This document shows positions 36,246-46,520 of a DNA stretch of 64,000 bases, piece after piece; position 1 is the stretch's first letter; each line of letters starts with the position of its first letter. The notes under the pieces were generated by a model that was not told the origin of the DNA, did not search any database, and was given only the letters and a program-made list of their open reading frames with translations. A program made the position numbers and the translations under genes. The stretch is from Pseudomonadota bacterium (GTDB lineage Bacteria; Pseudomonadota; Gammaproteobacteria; Burkholderiales; JABEVD01), in NCBI GenBank assembly GCA_021848705.1, contig JAJZTT010000001.1, forward strand, positions 7,837 to 71,836. Direction: 5' to 3'.

Positions 36246-38540
36246 TCAGAACAGCGGATCCGGTGAAGAGGCCGGAAGCGCGCCGCTTGCGGGAATGGCA
36301 GCCCCCTTCGGCTGGTTTTCCTGATAGAAGTAATCCATGATTCCGTCGGAAGCGGTGGTGAAACGACCGGTCTTCGGATCGACTTTCTCCTCGACCACCC
36401 CCTGCGGCATGGTGAAAGTCGCTTCGGGAACTCCCTGCAACGCCTTTTCCATGTAACCCATCCAGATCGGAAGCGCGGCCCTCGCCCCGGTCTCTCCGCG
36501 GCCCAGGGTTTTCGGCTGATCGTAACCGATCCAGGCGATCGTGGTGAGCGTGGGCTGGAATCCGGCAAACCAGGCATCGACCTGATCGTTCGTGGTTCCG
36601 GTTTTGCCGGCGAGATCGTGGCGTCCTAGTTTCATCGCGGATGCACCGGTTCCGTATTTGATCACGTCCTGCATCATGCTCGTCATGATGAAGGCATTCC
36701 TGGGATCGATCACCGGTGAAGACCCCTGCATCCCAGAGACGACCGGCTTGGCCTGTGCAATGACGTGCCCGGACTGGTCTTCAATCTTCTCGATGTAATA
36801 GGGGTTCACCCTGTATCCGCCATTGGCGAAAACGGAATAGGCTCCGGCCATCTGCCAGGGCGTCACCGAACCGGCGCCAAGGGCCATCGTGAGATAAGGG
36901 GGATGCATCTTGGGATCGAAGCCGAATCTTGTGATGTAATCCTGGGCATAGGTGGGCCCGATGCTCTGCAATATCCGGATCGCCACGAGATTTTTCGATT
37001 CGGCGAGCGCGACGCGGATTCGCATCGGCCCGTCGTAAGTGCCTTCATAATTTTTCGGCTCCCAGGGCACGCTTCCGGTCTGTTCCGCGGTGAAGACGAG
37101 CGGTGCGTCCTCCACGATCGTCGCTGGCGTGAAGCCTTTTTCGAGCGCAGCGGAATAGATGAACGGCTTGAAGCTCGAACCGGGCTGTCTCCATGCCTGC
37201 GTCACGTGATTGAACTGGTTGAGATTGAAATCGAATCCCCCCACCAGCGCACGGATCGCACCCGTCTGGGGCGAAACGGAAATGAGCGCCGCCTCCGCCG
37301 CAGGAAGCTCGGTGACCTCCCATTTCGCCTTCTCGCCCATACGAACCCGGATCAGGGCGCCCGGCTTGATTTTCGAAGGGGTTTGCTCGAGCATGGATTT
37401 CGCCCGCTTCAGTCCGTCCTGGGTTATCACGACTTTTCCCTTGCCCTTCACCCAGGCCGTGACCTCATGAATGGAAGATTCCAGTACCAGCGCGGGCAGG
37501 ATATCCTCGCTCGCATCGTAATCGTCGAGAATTTCATCCATCCTGCTTTCGCTGTCGGGCAGATCGAAGTATTTTTCAGGGCCCCTGTAAGGATGACGAC
37601 CGTCATAGTCCATCACGCCCTTGCGAACGGCCTGATACGCTGCCACCTGATCCGCCCACCTCAAAGTCGTGTAAACCCGGTATCCCATCGTGTAGGCCTG
37701 TTCCTTGTACCGGTCGTACATGTCCTGCCTCACCATCTCGGCAAGATATTCCCCCTTGACGGGATAATCGTGGCGGGCATGCCTGACCTTGATGGGTTCC
37801 TTCACTGCTTTCTGGTACTGGTCCTCCGTGATGAACCCAAGCACCCTCATCCTGTGCAGGACGTATAGCTGACGCTGTTTGGACCTTCCAGGATTGACGA
37901 CTGGATTATAGGCGGAAGGCGCCTTGGGAAGTCCGGCCAGAGTCGCCATTTCCGCCACGCTCAGCTTGTCCATCGGCTTGCCGAAATACACCTGGGCAGC
38001 AGCGGCGAACCCGTAGGCTTTCTGTCCGAGATAGATCTGGTTGATGTAGAGCTGGAGGATCTCGTCCTTGGTGAGATTGTGTTCGATCTTGAAGGAAAGC
38101 AGCGCCTCGTTGAACTTGCGAGTGAAAGTCTTTTCCTTGGTCAGGAAGAAGTTCCTGGCGACCTGCATGGTGATCGTGCTTGCTCCCTGCCTCGTTCCGC
38201 CATGAATGAGATTGATCCAGGCGGAACGCATCACGCCCTGATAGTCGATTCCGCCATGCTCATAGAACCGTTCGTCCTCTGCGGCAAGGATCGCTTCCTT
38301 CATCAGCTTCGGCACATTTCCGATGTCCACCACCGCACGCCGCTCCTCTCCGAATTCCCCTATCAGCACGCCGTCTTCGGTGTACACTCTCAATGGAACC
38401 TTGGGACGATAATCCTTCAGCACCTCGAGTGAAGGAAGATTGGGATACAGCATGACTGCGGCGAATCCGACCAGACCGGCACAAATCACACCCAGTCCGA
38501 GCAGACTGAAAAATATGTAAAGGACCCAACGTGCAAGCAT
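36246..38540 (-). CDS. mrcA: penicillin-binding protein 1A (bifunctional transglycosylase/transpeptidase)
   Basis: AAEDERFYEHGGID GT51 motif; SSFKP (SxxK) transpeptidase motif; N-terminal TM segment. Confidence 0.95.
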   Translation of the reverse strand: MLARWVLYIFFSLLGLGVICAGLVGFAAVMLYPNLPSLEVLKDYRPKVPLRVYTEDGVLIGEFGEERRAVVDIGNVPKLMKEAILAAEDERFYEHGGIDYQGVMRSAWINLIHGGTRQGASTITMQVARNFFLTKEKTFTRKFNEALLSFKIEHNLTKDEILQLYINQIYLGQKAYGFAAAAQVYFGKPMDKLSVAEMATLAGLPKAPSAYNPVVNPGRSKQRQLYVLHRMRVLGFITEDQYQKAVKEPIKVRHARHDYPVKGEYLAEMVRQDMYDRYKEQAYTMGYRVYTTLRWADQVAAYQAVRKGVMDYDGRHPYRGPEKYFDLPDSESRMDEILDDYDASEDILPALVLESSIHEVTAWVKGKGKVVITQDGLKRAKSMLEQTPSKIKPGALIRVRMGEKAKWEVTELPAAEAALISVSPQTGAIRALVGGFDFNLNQFNHVTQAWRQPGSSFKPFIYSAALEKGFTPATIVEDAPLVFTAEQTGSVPWEPKNYEGTYDGPMRIRVALAESKNLVAIRILQSIGPTYAQDYITRFGFDPKMHPPYLTMALGAGSVTPWQMAGAYSVFANGGYRVNPYYIEKIEDQSGHVIAQAKPVVSGMQGSSPVIDPRNAFIMTSMMQDVIKYGTGASAMKLGRHDLAGKTGTTNDQVDAWFAGFQPTLTTIAWIGYDQPKTLGRGETGARAALPIWMGYMEKALQGVPEATFTMPQGVVEEKVDPKTGRFTTASDGIMDYFYQENQPKGAAIPASGALPASSPDPLF

Positions 38541-38697
38541 TGTATTTGCCAGCCTTGAATTTGACTATGATGCGGTATTATATGTTCTGTGGCGTCCCAA
38601 AAGAAACTTGCCTTTCCAAAGGAAAATAACCTTTACATGGCGCGGCGTTGCTGCTAGCATTTAATCCGAATTATCCGAAAGTGTGCATAAGCATTCC

Positions 38698-39789
38698 ATG
38701 TTCAAAGGAAATTTCGAATTTCTGAATTTCTGGCAAATCAGATCGGTTCCTCTGATAGGCATAGACATCAGTTCGTCTGCGGTAAAGATGGTCGAACTCT
38801 CGCGCATCGGCGACCGATTCTCCGTCGATCGTTATGCAATCGAACTGCTCCCGCGCGAAGCGGTGCTCGACGGAAACATCAATGATTTCGAAGCCGTCAG
38901 CGAATGCGTGGGCCGCGTCTGGAAGAAACTCGGCACCCGCAACAAAAGCGTAGCGATGGCGCTTCCGGCAGCCGCCGTCATCACCAAGAAAATCATCGTA
39001 CCCGCAGGCCAGAGCGAAGAAGATCTCAGTTTTCTGGTCGAAACCGAAGCCAATCAGTACATCCCCTTCGCCCTCGACGAGGTCAATCTGGACTTCCAGG
39101 TGATCGGCCCCGCGCCAGGAAACCCTGAAGAGGTGGAAGTGCTGATCGCCGCTTCCCGCAAGGAGAAGGTGGAAGACAGGGTGGCAACAGCGGAAGCTTC
39201 CGGACTTACCGCGATCGTCATGGACGTCGAGCCTTATGCATCGCAAACCGCATTCGGACTCATCCAGAGACAACTTCCGAACGGTGGACGGGACAGGACC
39301 ATCGCCATCGTCGACATCGGCGCAAGTCTGATGAGCATCAACGTGTTGCGAAACGGGCAGTCGGTTTACATGAGGGATCAGCCTTTCGGGGGAAATCAGC
39401 TCACCTACGACATCCAGCATTTCTACAACCTGACGCTGGACGAGGCCGAGACGGCAAAGCGCAAGGGGGGACTTCCGGACAACTACGAGATCGAAATCCT
39501 GAGGCCCTTCCGGGAAAATTTGGCGCTCGAAGTCTCCCGCGCAATGCAGTTCTTTTTCACTTCGACGCCTTTCAACGAAGTGCACCACATCGTGCTCGCA
39601 GGGGGTTGCGCCACCATCCAGGGCCTCGACGACACGGTTTCGAGCCGCACCCAGGTCAGTACTTCGATTGCAAACCCCTTCGCCGGCATGGAGCTTTCCA
39701 GCCGGATCAATCCCAGACAACTCGCGACGGACGCACCCATGCTCCTCATCGCCTGCGGCCTCTCCCTGAGGGGCTTCGACCCTACATGA
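38698..39789 (+). CDS. pilM: type IV pilus assembly protein PilM
   Basis: IGIDISSSAVKMVEL actin-like N-terminus. The track GTG at 38683 is an alternative start. Confidence 0.9.
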   Translation: MFKGNFEFLNFWQIRSVPLIGIDISSSAVKMVELSRIGDRFSVDRYAIELLPREAVLDGNINDFEAVSECVGRVWKKLGTRNKSVAMALPAAAVITKKIIVPAGQSEEDLSFLVETEANQYIPFALDEVNLDFQVIGPAPGNPEEVEVLIAASRKEKVEDRVATAEASGLTAIVMDVEPYASQTAFGLIQRQLPNGGRDRTIAIVDIGASLMSINVLRNGQSVYMRDQPFGGNQLTYDIQHFYNLTLDEAETAKRKGGLPDNYEIEILRPFRENLALEVSRAMQFFFTSTPFNEVHHIVLAGGCATIQGLDDTVSSRTQVSTSIANPFAGMELSSRINPRQLATDAPMLLIACGLSLRGFDPT

Positions 39790-39802
39790 TCGAGGCAACA
39801 GC

Positions 39803-40387
39803 ATGATCAGGATCAACCTACTGCCCCACCGAGAGAGAAAAAGGGAGGCCCTGAGGAGACAGATCGCCATTCTGTCCGGGGCAACAGCCGCGCTTGCCGT
39901 CTTCATCATCGTGCTGGTGCATATCGCGATCGCTTCCAGGATCGGTTACCAGAATGCGCGCAACGAATACCTGAAGCAGCAGATCGGCATCCTGGACCAC
40001 CAGATCGCCGACATCCGGAAGCTGAAGGAAGAAACGCGCGCCCTGCTTGCCAGAAAGCAGATCGTCGAAAAACTTCAGGACAACCGGGCGGAAACCGTCC
40101 ATCTCCTCGATCAGCTTGCAAAGCGGGTTCCGGAAGGAACCTACATCCGGTCGCTCACGGAAGATACCAAGGGGAAGAGCACCACCATCCACCTGACAGG
40201 ATATGCGATCTCCAATGCCCGCGTATCGACCCTGATGCGCAGCCTGGACGACTCGGACTGGCTTTCCTCCCCGAACCTCGTCGAAATCCATACGGTTACC
40301 GTCGACAACCGGAAGTTGAGCGCTTTCAATCTGTTCGTTACGCTGACGCACAAAACGGGCGGTGGGGCAGGCGCGCCGAAGGACTGA
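39803..40387 (+). CDS. pilN: type IV pilus assembly protein PilN
   Basis: MIRINLLPHRE signature followed by a TM segment. Confidence 0.85.
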   Translation: MIRINLLPHRERKREALRRQIAILSGATAALAVFIIVLVHIAIASRIGYQNARNEYLKQQIGILDHQIADIRKLKEETRALLARKQIVEKLQDNRAETVHLLDQLAKRVPEGTYIRSLTEDTKGKSTTIHLTGYAISNARVSTLMRSLDDSDWLSSPNLVEIHTVTVDNRKLSAFNLFVTLTHKTGGGAGAPKD

Positions 40388-40390
40388 CCT

Positions 40391-40999
40391 ATGACACTCG
40401 ACGATCTCAAAAAGCTCAATTACAAGGACCCCGGTCTGTGGCCATGGCCACCCAAACTGATGCTGCTCGGCTTGATCTTCGTCGTCCTGCTGACCCTCGC
40501 ATTCATTTTCGACTGGAGCGGACAGTTGGGCAGCCTGAGCAATGCGAAACACGAGGAACAAAAGCTGAAACAGACTTTCCTCGCCAAGAAAAAGGATGCG
40601 GTCAACCTCGATTTCTACAAGCGCCAGTTGAAGGAAATCGAAAAATCATTCGGAGCGCTGCTGAAGCAGTTGCCCAACCGTTCAGAAATGGAGGCGCTCC
40701 TTGTCGACATCAACCAGGCGGGACTTGGACGCGGGCTCCAGTTCGACCTTTTCAAGCCCGCCCAGCATGAAAACGTGACCGCATATTATGCGGAGCTTCC
40801 GATTTCGATCAAGGTGACCGGCAGCTATCACGACATCGGCGCCTTTGCGAGCGATCTCGCCACGCTGCCCAGGATCGTCACGCTTCACGATGTGAACATA
40901 TCCCCCGTGAAGGATGGGGTGCTCACGATGAATGCAACGATCAGCACCTACCGTTATCCGGACGAAGTCGACAACGGCAAAAAGGGGAAGAACAGATGA
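40391..40999 (+). CDS. pilO: type IV pilus assembly protein PilO
   Basis: Position in the operon, single TM segment, size. Confidence 0.85.
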   Translation: MTLDDLKKLNYKDPGLWPWPPKLMLLGLIFVVLLTLAFIFDWSGQLGSLSNAKHEEQKLKQTFLAKKKDAVNLDFYKRQLKEIEKSFGALLKQLPNRSEMEALLVDINQAGLGRGLQFDLFKPAQHENVTAYYAELPISIKVTGSYHDIGAFASDLATLPRIVTLHDVNISPVKDGVLTMNATISTYRYPDEVDNGKKGKNR

Positions 41000-41502
41000 A
41001 AATCCTGCTCCCCTTCCTGCTCGCACTCCTGCTCTCCGCCTGCGGCGATCATGATTTCCAGGATCTCAGGGAATTCGTGAAGAATTCAGGAGCGAACCTT
41101 CGGGGAAAAGTCACCCCCTTTCCGGAAGTGAAACCCTACCAGCCTTTCACCTACGACGATTATTCCCTGACCGATCCATTCAACCCTCGCAAGCTCGAAA
41201 TTTCGCGAGGAGGGAAGCTGGGCGGACTTCAGCCGGACCTCAACCGACGCAAGGAAGCACTGGAATCCTTTCCCCTGGACGGACTCAGGATGGTCGGAAG
41301 CCTGCAGCAGGACAACAAGATCTATGCGCTCATCAAGGCGCCAGACGGAGGTCTTTACAGGGTGACGACCGGAAACTACCTCGGGCAGAACTTCGGAAAG
41401 GTCACCGAAGTCACCACGACCATGATCAAGATACAGGAACTCGTACAGGATAGTTCGGGAGACTGGACGGAGCGTACCAGCACCCTGCAACTGGTGGATT
41501 AA
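40996..41502 (+). CDS. pilP: type IV pilus assembly lipoprotein PilP
   Basis: Lipobox LLLSAC; position and size. Confidence 0.8.
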   Translation: MKILLPFLLALLLSACGDHDFQDLREFVKNSGANLRGKVTPFPEVKPYQPFTYDDYSLTDPFNPRKLEISRGGKLGGLQPDLNRRKEALESFPLDGLRMVGSLQQDNKIYALIKAPDGGLYRVTTGNYLGQNFGKVTEVTTTMIKIQELVQDSSGDWTERTSTLQLVD

Positions 41503-41513
41503 CAGGAGCCAAA

Positions 41514-43637
41514 ATGAAGCGATACCTCACCCTAATTTTCGGCCTGATGCTGTGCCTGTGCCTGTCGGCTGCCTTTGCAGCCAATAGCATCAATTCCGTG
41601 GGCGTCGCTAATTTGCAGGGCGGCGGCATGGTGGTCAAGATCGCACTGAAGCAACCTCTGGCAGCCCCCCCTTCTTCCTTCGCCATCAACAATCCCGCCA
41701 GGATCGCATTCGATTTTCTCGACACGGACAATGCCGTAGACAAGAACACCGTCGAAGTTGGAAAGGGAGACTTGCGCAGCATCAACATCGTTCAGGCGGG
41801 TGGCCGAACCAGACTCGTCATGAATCTGCTTCGTCCCGTCACATATGAATCGAAAATCGACGGAGCGAATCTCCTCATCACCCTGCATTCCGCCGGCCCC
41901 ATCGCCAGCGGAGGAACCAGCGCGACCATGTTTGCCGCCCCCGTTCCCGGAGACCAGCCCCATGCAATCCGGGACATCGATTTCCATCGCGGTCAGAACG
42001 GGGAGGGCCGGATCGAGGTCAACCTCTCCGATCCGGACACCGGCATCGACGTGAGCCAGCAGGGCACCAACATCGTCGTTCAGTTCATCAGGACAAAATT
42101 GCCGCAAAACCTGGAACGCAGGCTGGATGTCATCGATTTCGGCACACCGGTCAACAACATCGACACTTATGCACAGGGCGACAATGTGAAAATGGTGATC
42201 GAGCCCAAGGGCCTTTGGGAACAATCCGCCTACCAGACCGACAACAAGTTCGTTCTCGAGGTGCGTCCTGTCACGGTTGATCCCAACAAGCTGGTGCAGG
42301 GAACCCGACCGGGATTCACCGGCAACAAGCTTTCCCTCGACTTCAGGAACACCGATGTCAGGTCGCTGCTCTTCGCGATCGCGGATTTCACCGGACTCAA
42401 TATCGTGATCAGCGATACCGTTACCGGCAATCTCACGCTGAGGCTGAAAGATGTTCCCTGGGATCAGGCGCTACAGATCATCCTCGACCAGAAGGGACTG
42501 GGTATGACCAAAGTCGGGAATGTCGTGATGATCGCGCCCCGAGATGAAATCGCGGCAAGGGAAAAGCAGGATCTGGAAGGAAAGCAGAAGATTTCCGATC
42601 TGGAGGCGACCCGCACGGAGAGCATCCAGCTCAATTACCAGAAAGCTGCCGACGTACAGAAGATCCTTTCCAACGACAAGCAGAAAATCCTTTCCAAGCG
42701 CGGCAGCATCGTGGTCGACCCCGTTACGAACACCCTTTTCGTTCAGGACACTCCATCCAAACTCGAAGAGGTCCGCCAGTTCATACAGAAGATCGACACG
42801 CCGCTCAGGCAGGTGATGATCGAAGCGCGTGTCGTCCAGGCCTCCAACGATTTCGGCCGCAATATCGGCGTGAAGCTGGGATATTCCGCCCCCACCGTGG
42901 GAACCGCTTCGGTTCCCGGGGCAGCGTCTCCGATCGTGACCGCAGGAGGCAGCATTGCACCGGGCTCGGGCGCACAGGGCTACGGAGGCACCAATACGGC
43001 AACCTACGCCAACAACACCAACGTGAATATCCCGTTCAGCACCCCGAACATCACCGGTTCGGCCGGCATGGGCGCGCTCTCCTTTCTGCTCTTCAATTCC
43101 TCGGCAACGAAATTCCTGAATCTGGAAATCGATGCACTGGAAACCGACGGTAATGGCAAGATCATTTCCAGTCCAAGGGTGGTGACCGCCAACAACGTCG
43201 AAGCGACGATCGAGTCGGGTCAGGAAATTCCGTATCAGACGACCCAGGTCTCCGGAGGCACGACCATCCCGACCTATGCCTTCAAGAAGGCTGTGCTGAG
43301 CCTCAAGGTGAAGCCGCAAATCACGCCGAACAGCAGCATCATCATGGATCTCACGGTGACGCAGGATTCCCCCCTCGCCGCTGCAGCTGCAGGCGCCCCT
43401 CCCTCGATCAGCACCAAGAAAATCCAGACCCAGGTACTGGTCGACAACGGAGGGACGGTCGTGATCGGCGGGATTCACACCCAGAACATTTCGAACACGG
43501 TCAACAAGGTTCCTCTTCTCGGCGACCTTCCGGTCCTCGGCAACCTCTTCAGGGGAAGCGCAAAGCTCGACCAGAAGAGCGAGCTGCTGATCTTCGTGTC
43601 GCCGAAGGTCCTGCAAAACAGCCTCAATCTACGCTAA
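41514..43637 (+). CDS. pilQ: type IV pilus secretin PilQ
   Basis: 707 aa; AMIN-like N-terminal repeats. Secretin C-terminus VPLLGDLPVLGNLFR...LLIFVSPKV. Confidence 0.93.
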   Translation: MKRYLTLIFGLMLCLCLSAAFAANSINSVGVANLQGGGMVVKIALKQPLAAPPSSFAINNPARIAFDFLDTDNAVDKNTVEVGKGDLRSINIVQAGGRTRLVMNLLRPVTYESKIDGANLLITLHSAGPIASGGTSATMFAAPVPGDQPHAIRDIDFHRGQNGEGRIEVNLSDPDTGIDVSQQGTNIVVQFIRTKLPQNLERRLDVIDFGTPVNNIDTYAQGDNVKMVIEPKGLWEQSAYQTDNKFVLEVRPVTVDPNKLVQGTRPGFTGNKLSLDFRNTDVRSLLFAIADFTGLNIVISDTVTGNLTLRLKDVPWDQALQIILDQKGLGMTKVGNVVMIAPRDEIAAREKQDLEGKQKISDLEATRTESIQLNYQKAADVQKILSNDKQKILSKRGSIVVDPVTNTLFVQDTPSKLEEVRQFIQKIDTPLRQVMIEARVVQASNDFGRNIGVKLGYSAPTVGTASVPGAASPIVTAGGSIAPGSGAQGYGGTNTATYANNTNVNIPFSTPNITGSAGMGALSFLLFNSSATKFLNLEIDALETDGNGKIISSPRVVTANNVEATIESGQEIPYQTTQVSGGTTIPTYAFKKAVLSLKVKPQITPNSSIIMDLTVTQDSPLAAAAAGAPPSISTKKIQTQVLVDNGGTVVIGGIHTQNISNTVNKVPLLGDLPVLGNLFRGSAKLDQKSELLIFVSPKVLQNSLNLR

Positions 43638-43640
43638 GCC

Positions 43641-43668
43641 GCGCCGGCACAGCCGGCGCTTTGCATTT
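43641..43668 (+). terminator. hairpin GCGCCGGC-aca-GCCGGCGC plus TTTGCATTT between pilQ and aroK (terminator or attenuator)
   Basis: 8-bp perfect GC stem. Supports the ATG 43670 start for aroK. Confidence 0.45.
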
Positions 43669-43669
43669 C

Positions 43670-44194
43670 ATGAAAGAAAACAATATCTACCTCGTCGGCC
43701 TGATGGGTGCGGGCAAAACTACCGTGGGCAAGCTGATCGCGAAACAGACCGGAAAGGCATTCCACGATTCCGACGTCGAGATCAAGTGCAAGACCGGCGT
43801 CTCCATTGCGCACATTTTCGAAGTGGAGGGGGAAGCCGGCTTCAGGGCAAGGGAAACGGCAGCGATCATGGAACTGGTCCGCCTCGAAAACATCGTTCTC
43901 GCCACGGGCGGCGGCGCCGTGCTTTCCGCGGAAAACCGCGTATTGCTGAAAAAAAATGGTACGGTCATCTACCTCAGGGCGACCGTGAACGAACTCTGGG
44001 CGAGGACAAGAAACGACAGGAACCGTCCCTTGCTACAGACCGGAAATCCGCAGGCTAAACTCGCGGAGCTTTACGAAATTCGCGATCCGCTGTATCGTGA
44101 AGTGGCCGACCTCATCGTCGACACCAGTCGCCAGAATGTAAACTTTCTCGTCAACCAGATCCTGCAGAAACTCGCACCAAGTACAAAATGCTGA
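43670..44194 (+). CDS. aroK: shikimate kinase
   Basis: [20 protein letters not shown]. Confidence 0.92.
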   Translation: MKENNIYLVGLMGAGKTTVGKLIAKQTGKAFHDSDVEIKCKTGVSIAHIFEVEGEAGFRARETAAIMELVRLENIVLATGGGAVLSAENRVLLKKNGTVIYLRATVNELWARTRNDRNRPLLQTGNPQAKLAELYEIRDPLYREVADLIVDTSRQNVNFLVNQILQKLAPSTKC

Positions 44195-45270
44195 CCCTTA
44201 CCGTCGAACTGGAGCGCCGCAGCTATCCGATCCACATCGGCGAAGAGATCCTGAAGGATGCAGACCTCTTCGCGCCAGCATTCGGCCAGAAAAAGGCTGC
44301 GATCGTCACCAATACCACGGTCGCGCCGCTCTATCTTGAAATGCTGAAGGGAACCCTGGAGTCCGCCGGAATAAGCACCCTTTCCGTGATCCTGGATGAC
44401 GGGGAAAAATTCAAGGACTGGCAGACGCTCAACCGGATCTACGATGCGTTGCTCGAGAACCGTTGCGAAAGAAACACGACCATCGTCGCCCTGGGGGGAG
44501 GGGTGATCGGGGATCTGTCCGGATTTGCCGCTGCCACCTATCTTCGCGGCGTACCCTTCGTCCAGGTTCCCACGACGCTTCTATCCCAGGTGGACTCTTC
44601 CGTGGGAGGCAAGACCGGAATCAATCATCCGCTCGGAAAGAACATGATCGGCGCCTTCTACCAGCCCAGGGCCGTTTTCGCAGATACCCGAACCCTGGAC
44701 ACGCTTTCCGACCGGGAGCTTTCTTCCGGAATCGCGGAAGTGATCAAGTACGGACTGATTCGCGACCTTCCCTTTTTCGAATGGCTGGAGGAGAACATGG
44801 ACAGGCTCATGGCGCGCGACCAGGAAGCACTCGCCCAGGCCATCCGGAGATCCTGCATGAACAAGGCTGAAGTCGTCGCAAGGGACGAAAGGGAAGCCGG
44901 CGAACGCGCCCTGCTCAATCTGGGTCATACCTTCGGACACGCCATCGAAAACGCGATGGGATATGGCAACTGGCTGCATGGCGAGGCGGTCGCAGCCGGC
45001 ACCGTGATCGCAGCTTCCCTTTCGGAAAGACTGGGCCTGATCGAAGCGCACGATGTGGAACGGATTCGCAACATCATGAAAAATGCAGGCCTCCCCACCG
45101 CTCCACCGGACCTCGAAGCCGATATCTATCTCGATCTCATGGCGCTCGACAAGAAAGTGGAAGAAGGAAGGATCCGCTTCATCCTGCTCGAGGCCATCGG
45201 CAGGGCGTCCATCCGCTCCGGCATTTCCAGCGCAGAAATCGTCGGAGCCATCCGTTCCGTCCATGACTGA
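44188..45270 (+). CDS. aroB: 3-dehydroquinate synthase
   Basis: 360 aa; [20 protein letters not shown] and [10 protein letters not shown] motifs. Confidence 0.95.
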   Translation: MLTLTVELERRSYPIHIGEEILKDADLFAPAFGQKKAAIVTNTTVAPLYLEMLKGTLESAGISTLSVILDDGEKFKDWQTLNRIYDALLENRCERNTTIVALGGGVIGDLSGFAAATYLRGVPFVQVPTTLLSQVDSSVGGKTGINHPLGKNMIGAFYQPRAVFADTRTLDTLSDRELSSGIAEVIKYGLIRDLPFFEWLEENMDRLMARDQEALAQAIRRSCMNKAEVVARDEREAGERALLNLGHTFGHAIENAMGYGNWLHGEAVAAGTVIAASLSERLGLIEAHDVERIRNIMKNAGLPTAPPDLEADIYLDLMALDKKVEEGRIRFILLEAIGRASIRSGISSAEIVGAIRSVHD

Positions 45271-46396
45271 GCTCGCTCCTTACGCAGCCCACCCTGAATC
45301 CAGCCGGGGAAGACGGATTCCGGAAGCGGCTCCGGAAGGAAGAAACGAATTCCAGCGCGATCGGGATCGCATCATCCACTCTTCCGCATTTCGCCGCCTG
45401 GAATACAAGACCCAGGTCTTCGTCAATCACGAAGGGGATCTTTTCCGGACCCGGCTCACGCACAGCATCGAGGTCGCCCAGATCGCAACATCGATCGCCA
45501 GAAGCCTCAAGCTCCACGAGGATCTCACCGAAGCCATATCACTCGCCCATGATCTCGGTCACACCCCATTCGGTCATGCCGGCCAGGATGCGCTCAACGA
45601 ATGCATGAAGGAACACGGTGGCTTCGAACACAACCTCCAGTCTCTGCGCGTGGTGGACCTTCTGGAAGAGCGATACGGCGCATTCGACGGACTGAATCTC
45701 ACCTTCGAAACCAGGGAAGGCATCCTCAAGCATTGCACCAGAAAAAATGCAGAAACACTTGGCGCACTGGGCGAGCGATTCCTCCGCGGAGAGCAGCCGG
45801 GACTAGAAGCCCAGCTTGCCAATCTTGCCGACGAGATCGCATACAACAACCATGATGTAGACGACGGTATCCGCTCCGGACTGCTCACCCTGGAACAGAT
45901 CTCCGAGATCCCGATCCTTTCCAGGCATATCGCTCAAGCCAGGGCGGAATACCCGAATCTTTCCGGAAGGAGACTGATTCACGAAACGATCCGTCGCATG
46001 ATCAACAGCCAGATCATCGACCTCACCCGGGAAACGCTGAAGAACATCGGAAAACACTCCCCCCGGGACATCGAGGACATCCGCAAATCCCCCAGGATCG
46101 TCTCCTTCAGTCCAGAAATGCAGCAGGAACAGCTCGAACTCAAGCAGTTCCTGCGCAACCATCTCTACCAGCACTACAAAGTCATGAGAATGAGCGCCAA
46201 GGCGAAGCGAATCATCACCGATCTCTTCCGGGCATTCACATCCGACATCCGCATGCTGCCTTCCCAATTCAGGGAAAAAGCCGAATCCGGGGGTGACGCC
46301 ATGCGCATCACCTCGGATTACATCGCCGGAATGACCGATCGCTACGCGATCCGCGAACACAGACGCCTTTTCACGGTCGAAGAAATCCCTTCCTGA
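45263..46396 (+). CDS. dgt: dGTPase-like HD-domain triphosphohydrolase
   Basis: Start trimmed to [11 protein letters not shown].... [24 protein letters not shown] and [10 protein letters not shown]. Confidence 0.88.
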   Translation: MTELAPYAAHPESSRGRRIPEAAPEGRNEFQRDRDRIIHSSAFRRLEYKTQVFVNHEGDLFRTRLTHSIEVAQIATSIARSLKLHEDLTEAISLAHDLGHTPFGHAGQDALNECMKEHGGFEHNLQSLRVVDLLEERYGAFDGLNLTFETREGILKHCTRKNAETLGALGERFLRGEQPGLEAQLANLADEIAYNNHDVDDGIRSGLLTLEQISEIPILSRHIAQARAEYPNLSGRRLIHETIRRMINSQIIDLTRETLKNIGKHSPRDIEDIRKSPRIVSFSPEMQQEQLELKQFLRNHLYQHYKVMRMSAKAKRIITDLFRAFTSDIRMLPSQFREKAESGGDAMRITSDYIAGMTDRYAIREHRRLFTVEEIPS

Positions 46397-46520
46397 CCGT
46401 CAGGTTGCCGGATGGTTTCGGACGGAGTAAAATCGGAAACTTTCCCTTGAGTAAGCGGGATTTGGCAGGGCCATTGGGGCGACTGCCTTTACATTGCTAA
46501 AATCGAATAAGAGGTAAAAC

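Noticed and set aside
46397-46520. Sigma-54 promoter upstream of gltB (TGGCAG-N5-TTGG).
   Set aside because: The -12 element lacks the conserved GC dinucleotide. A sigma-70-like TTGGGG-N18-TAAAAT sequence is an equally good explanation.
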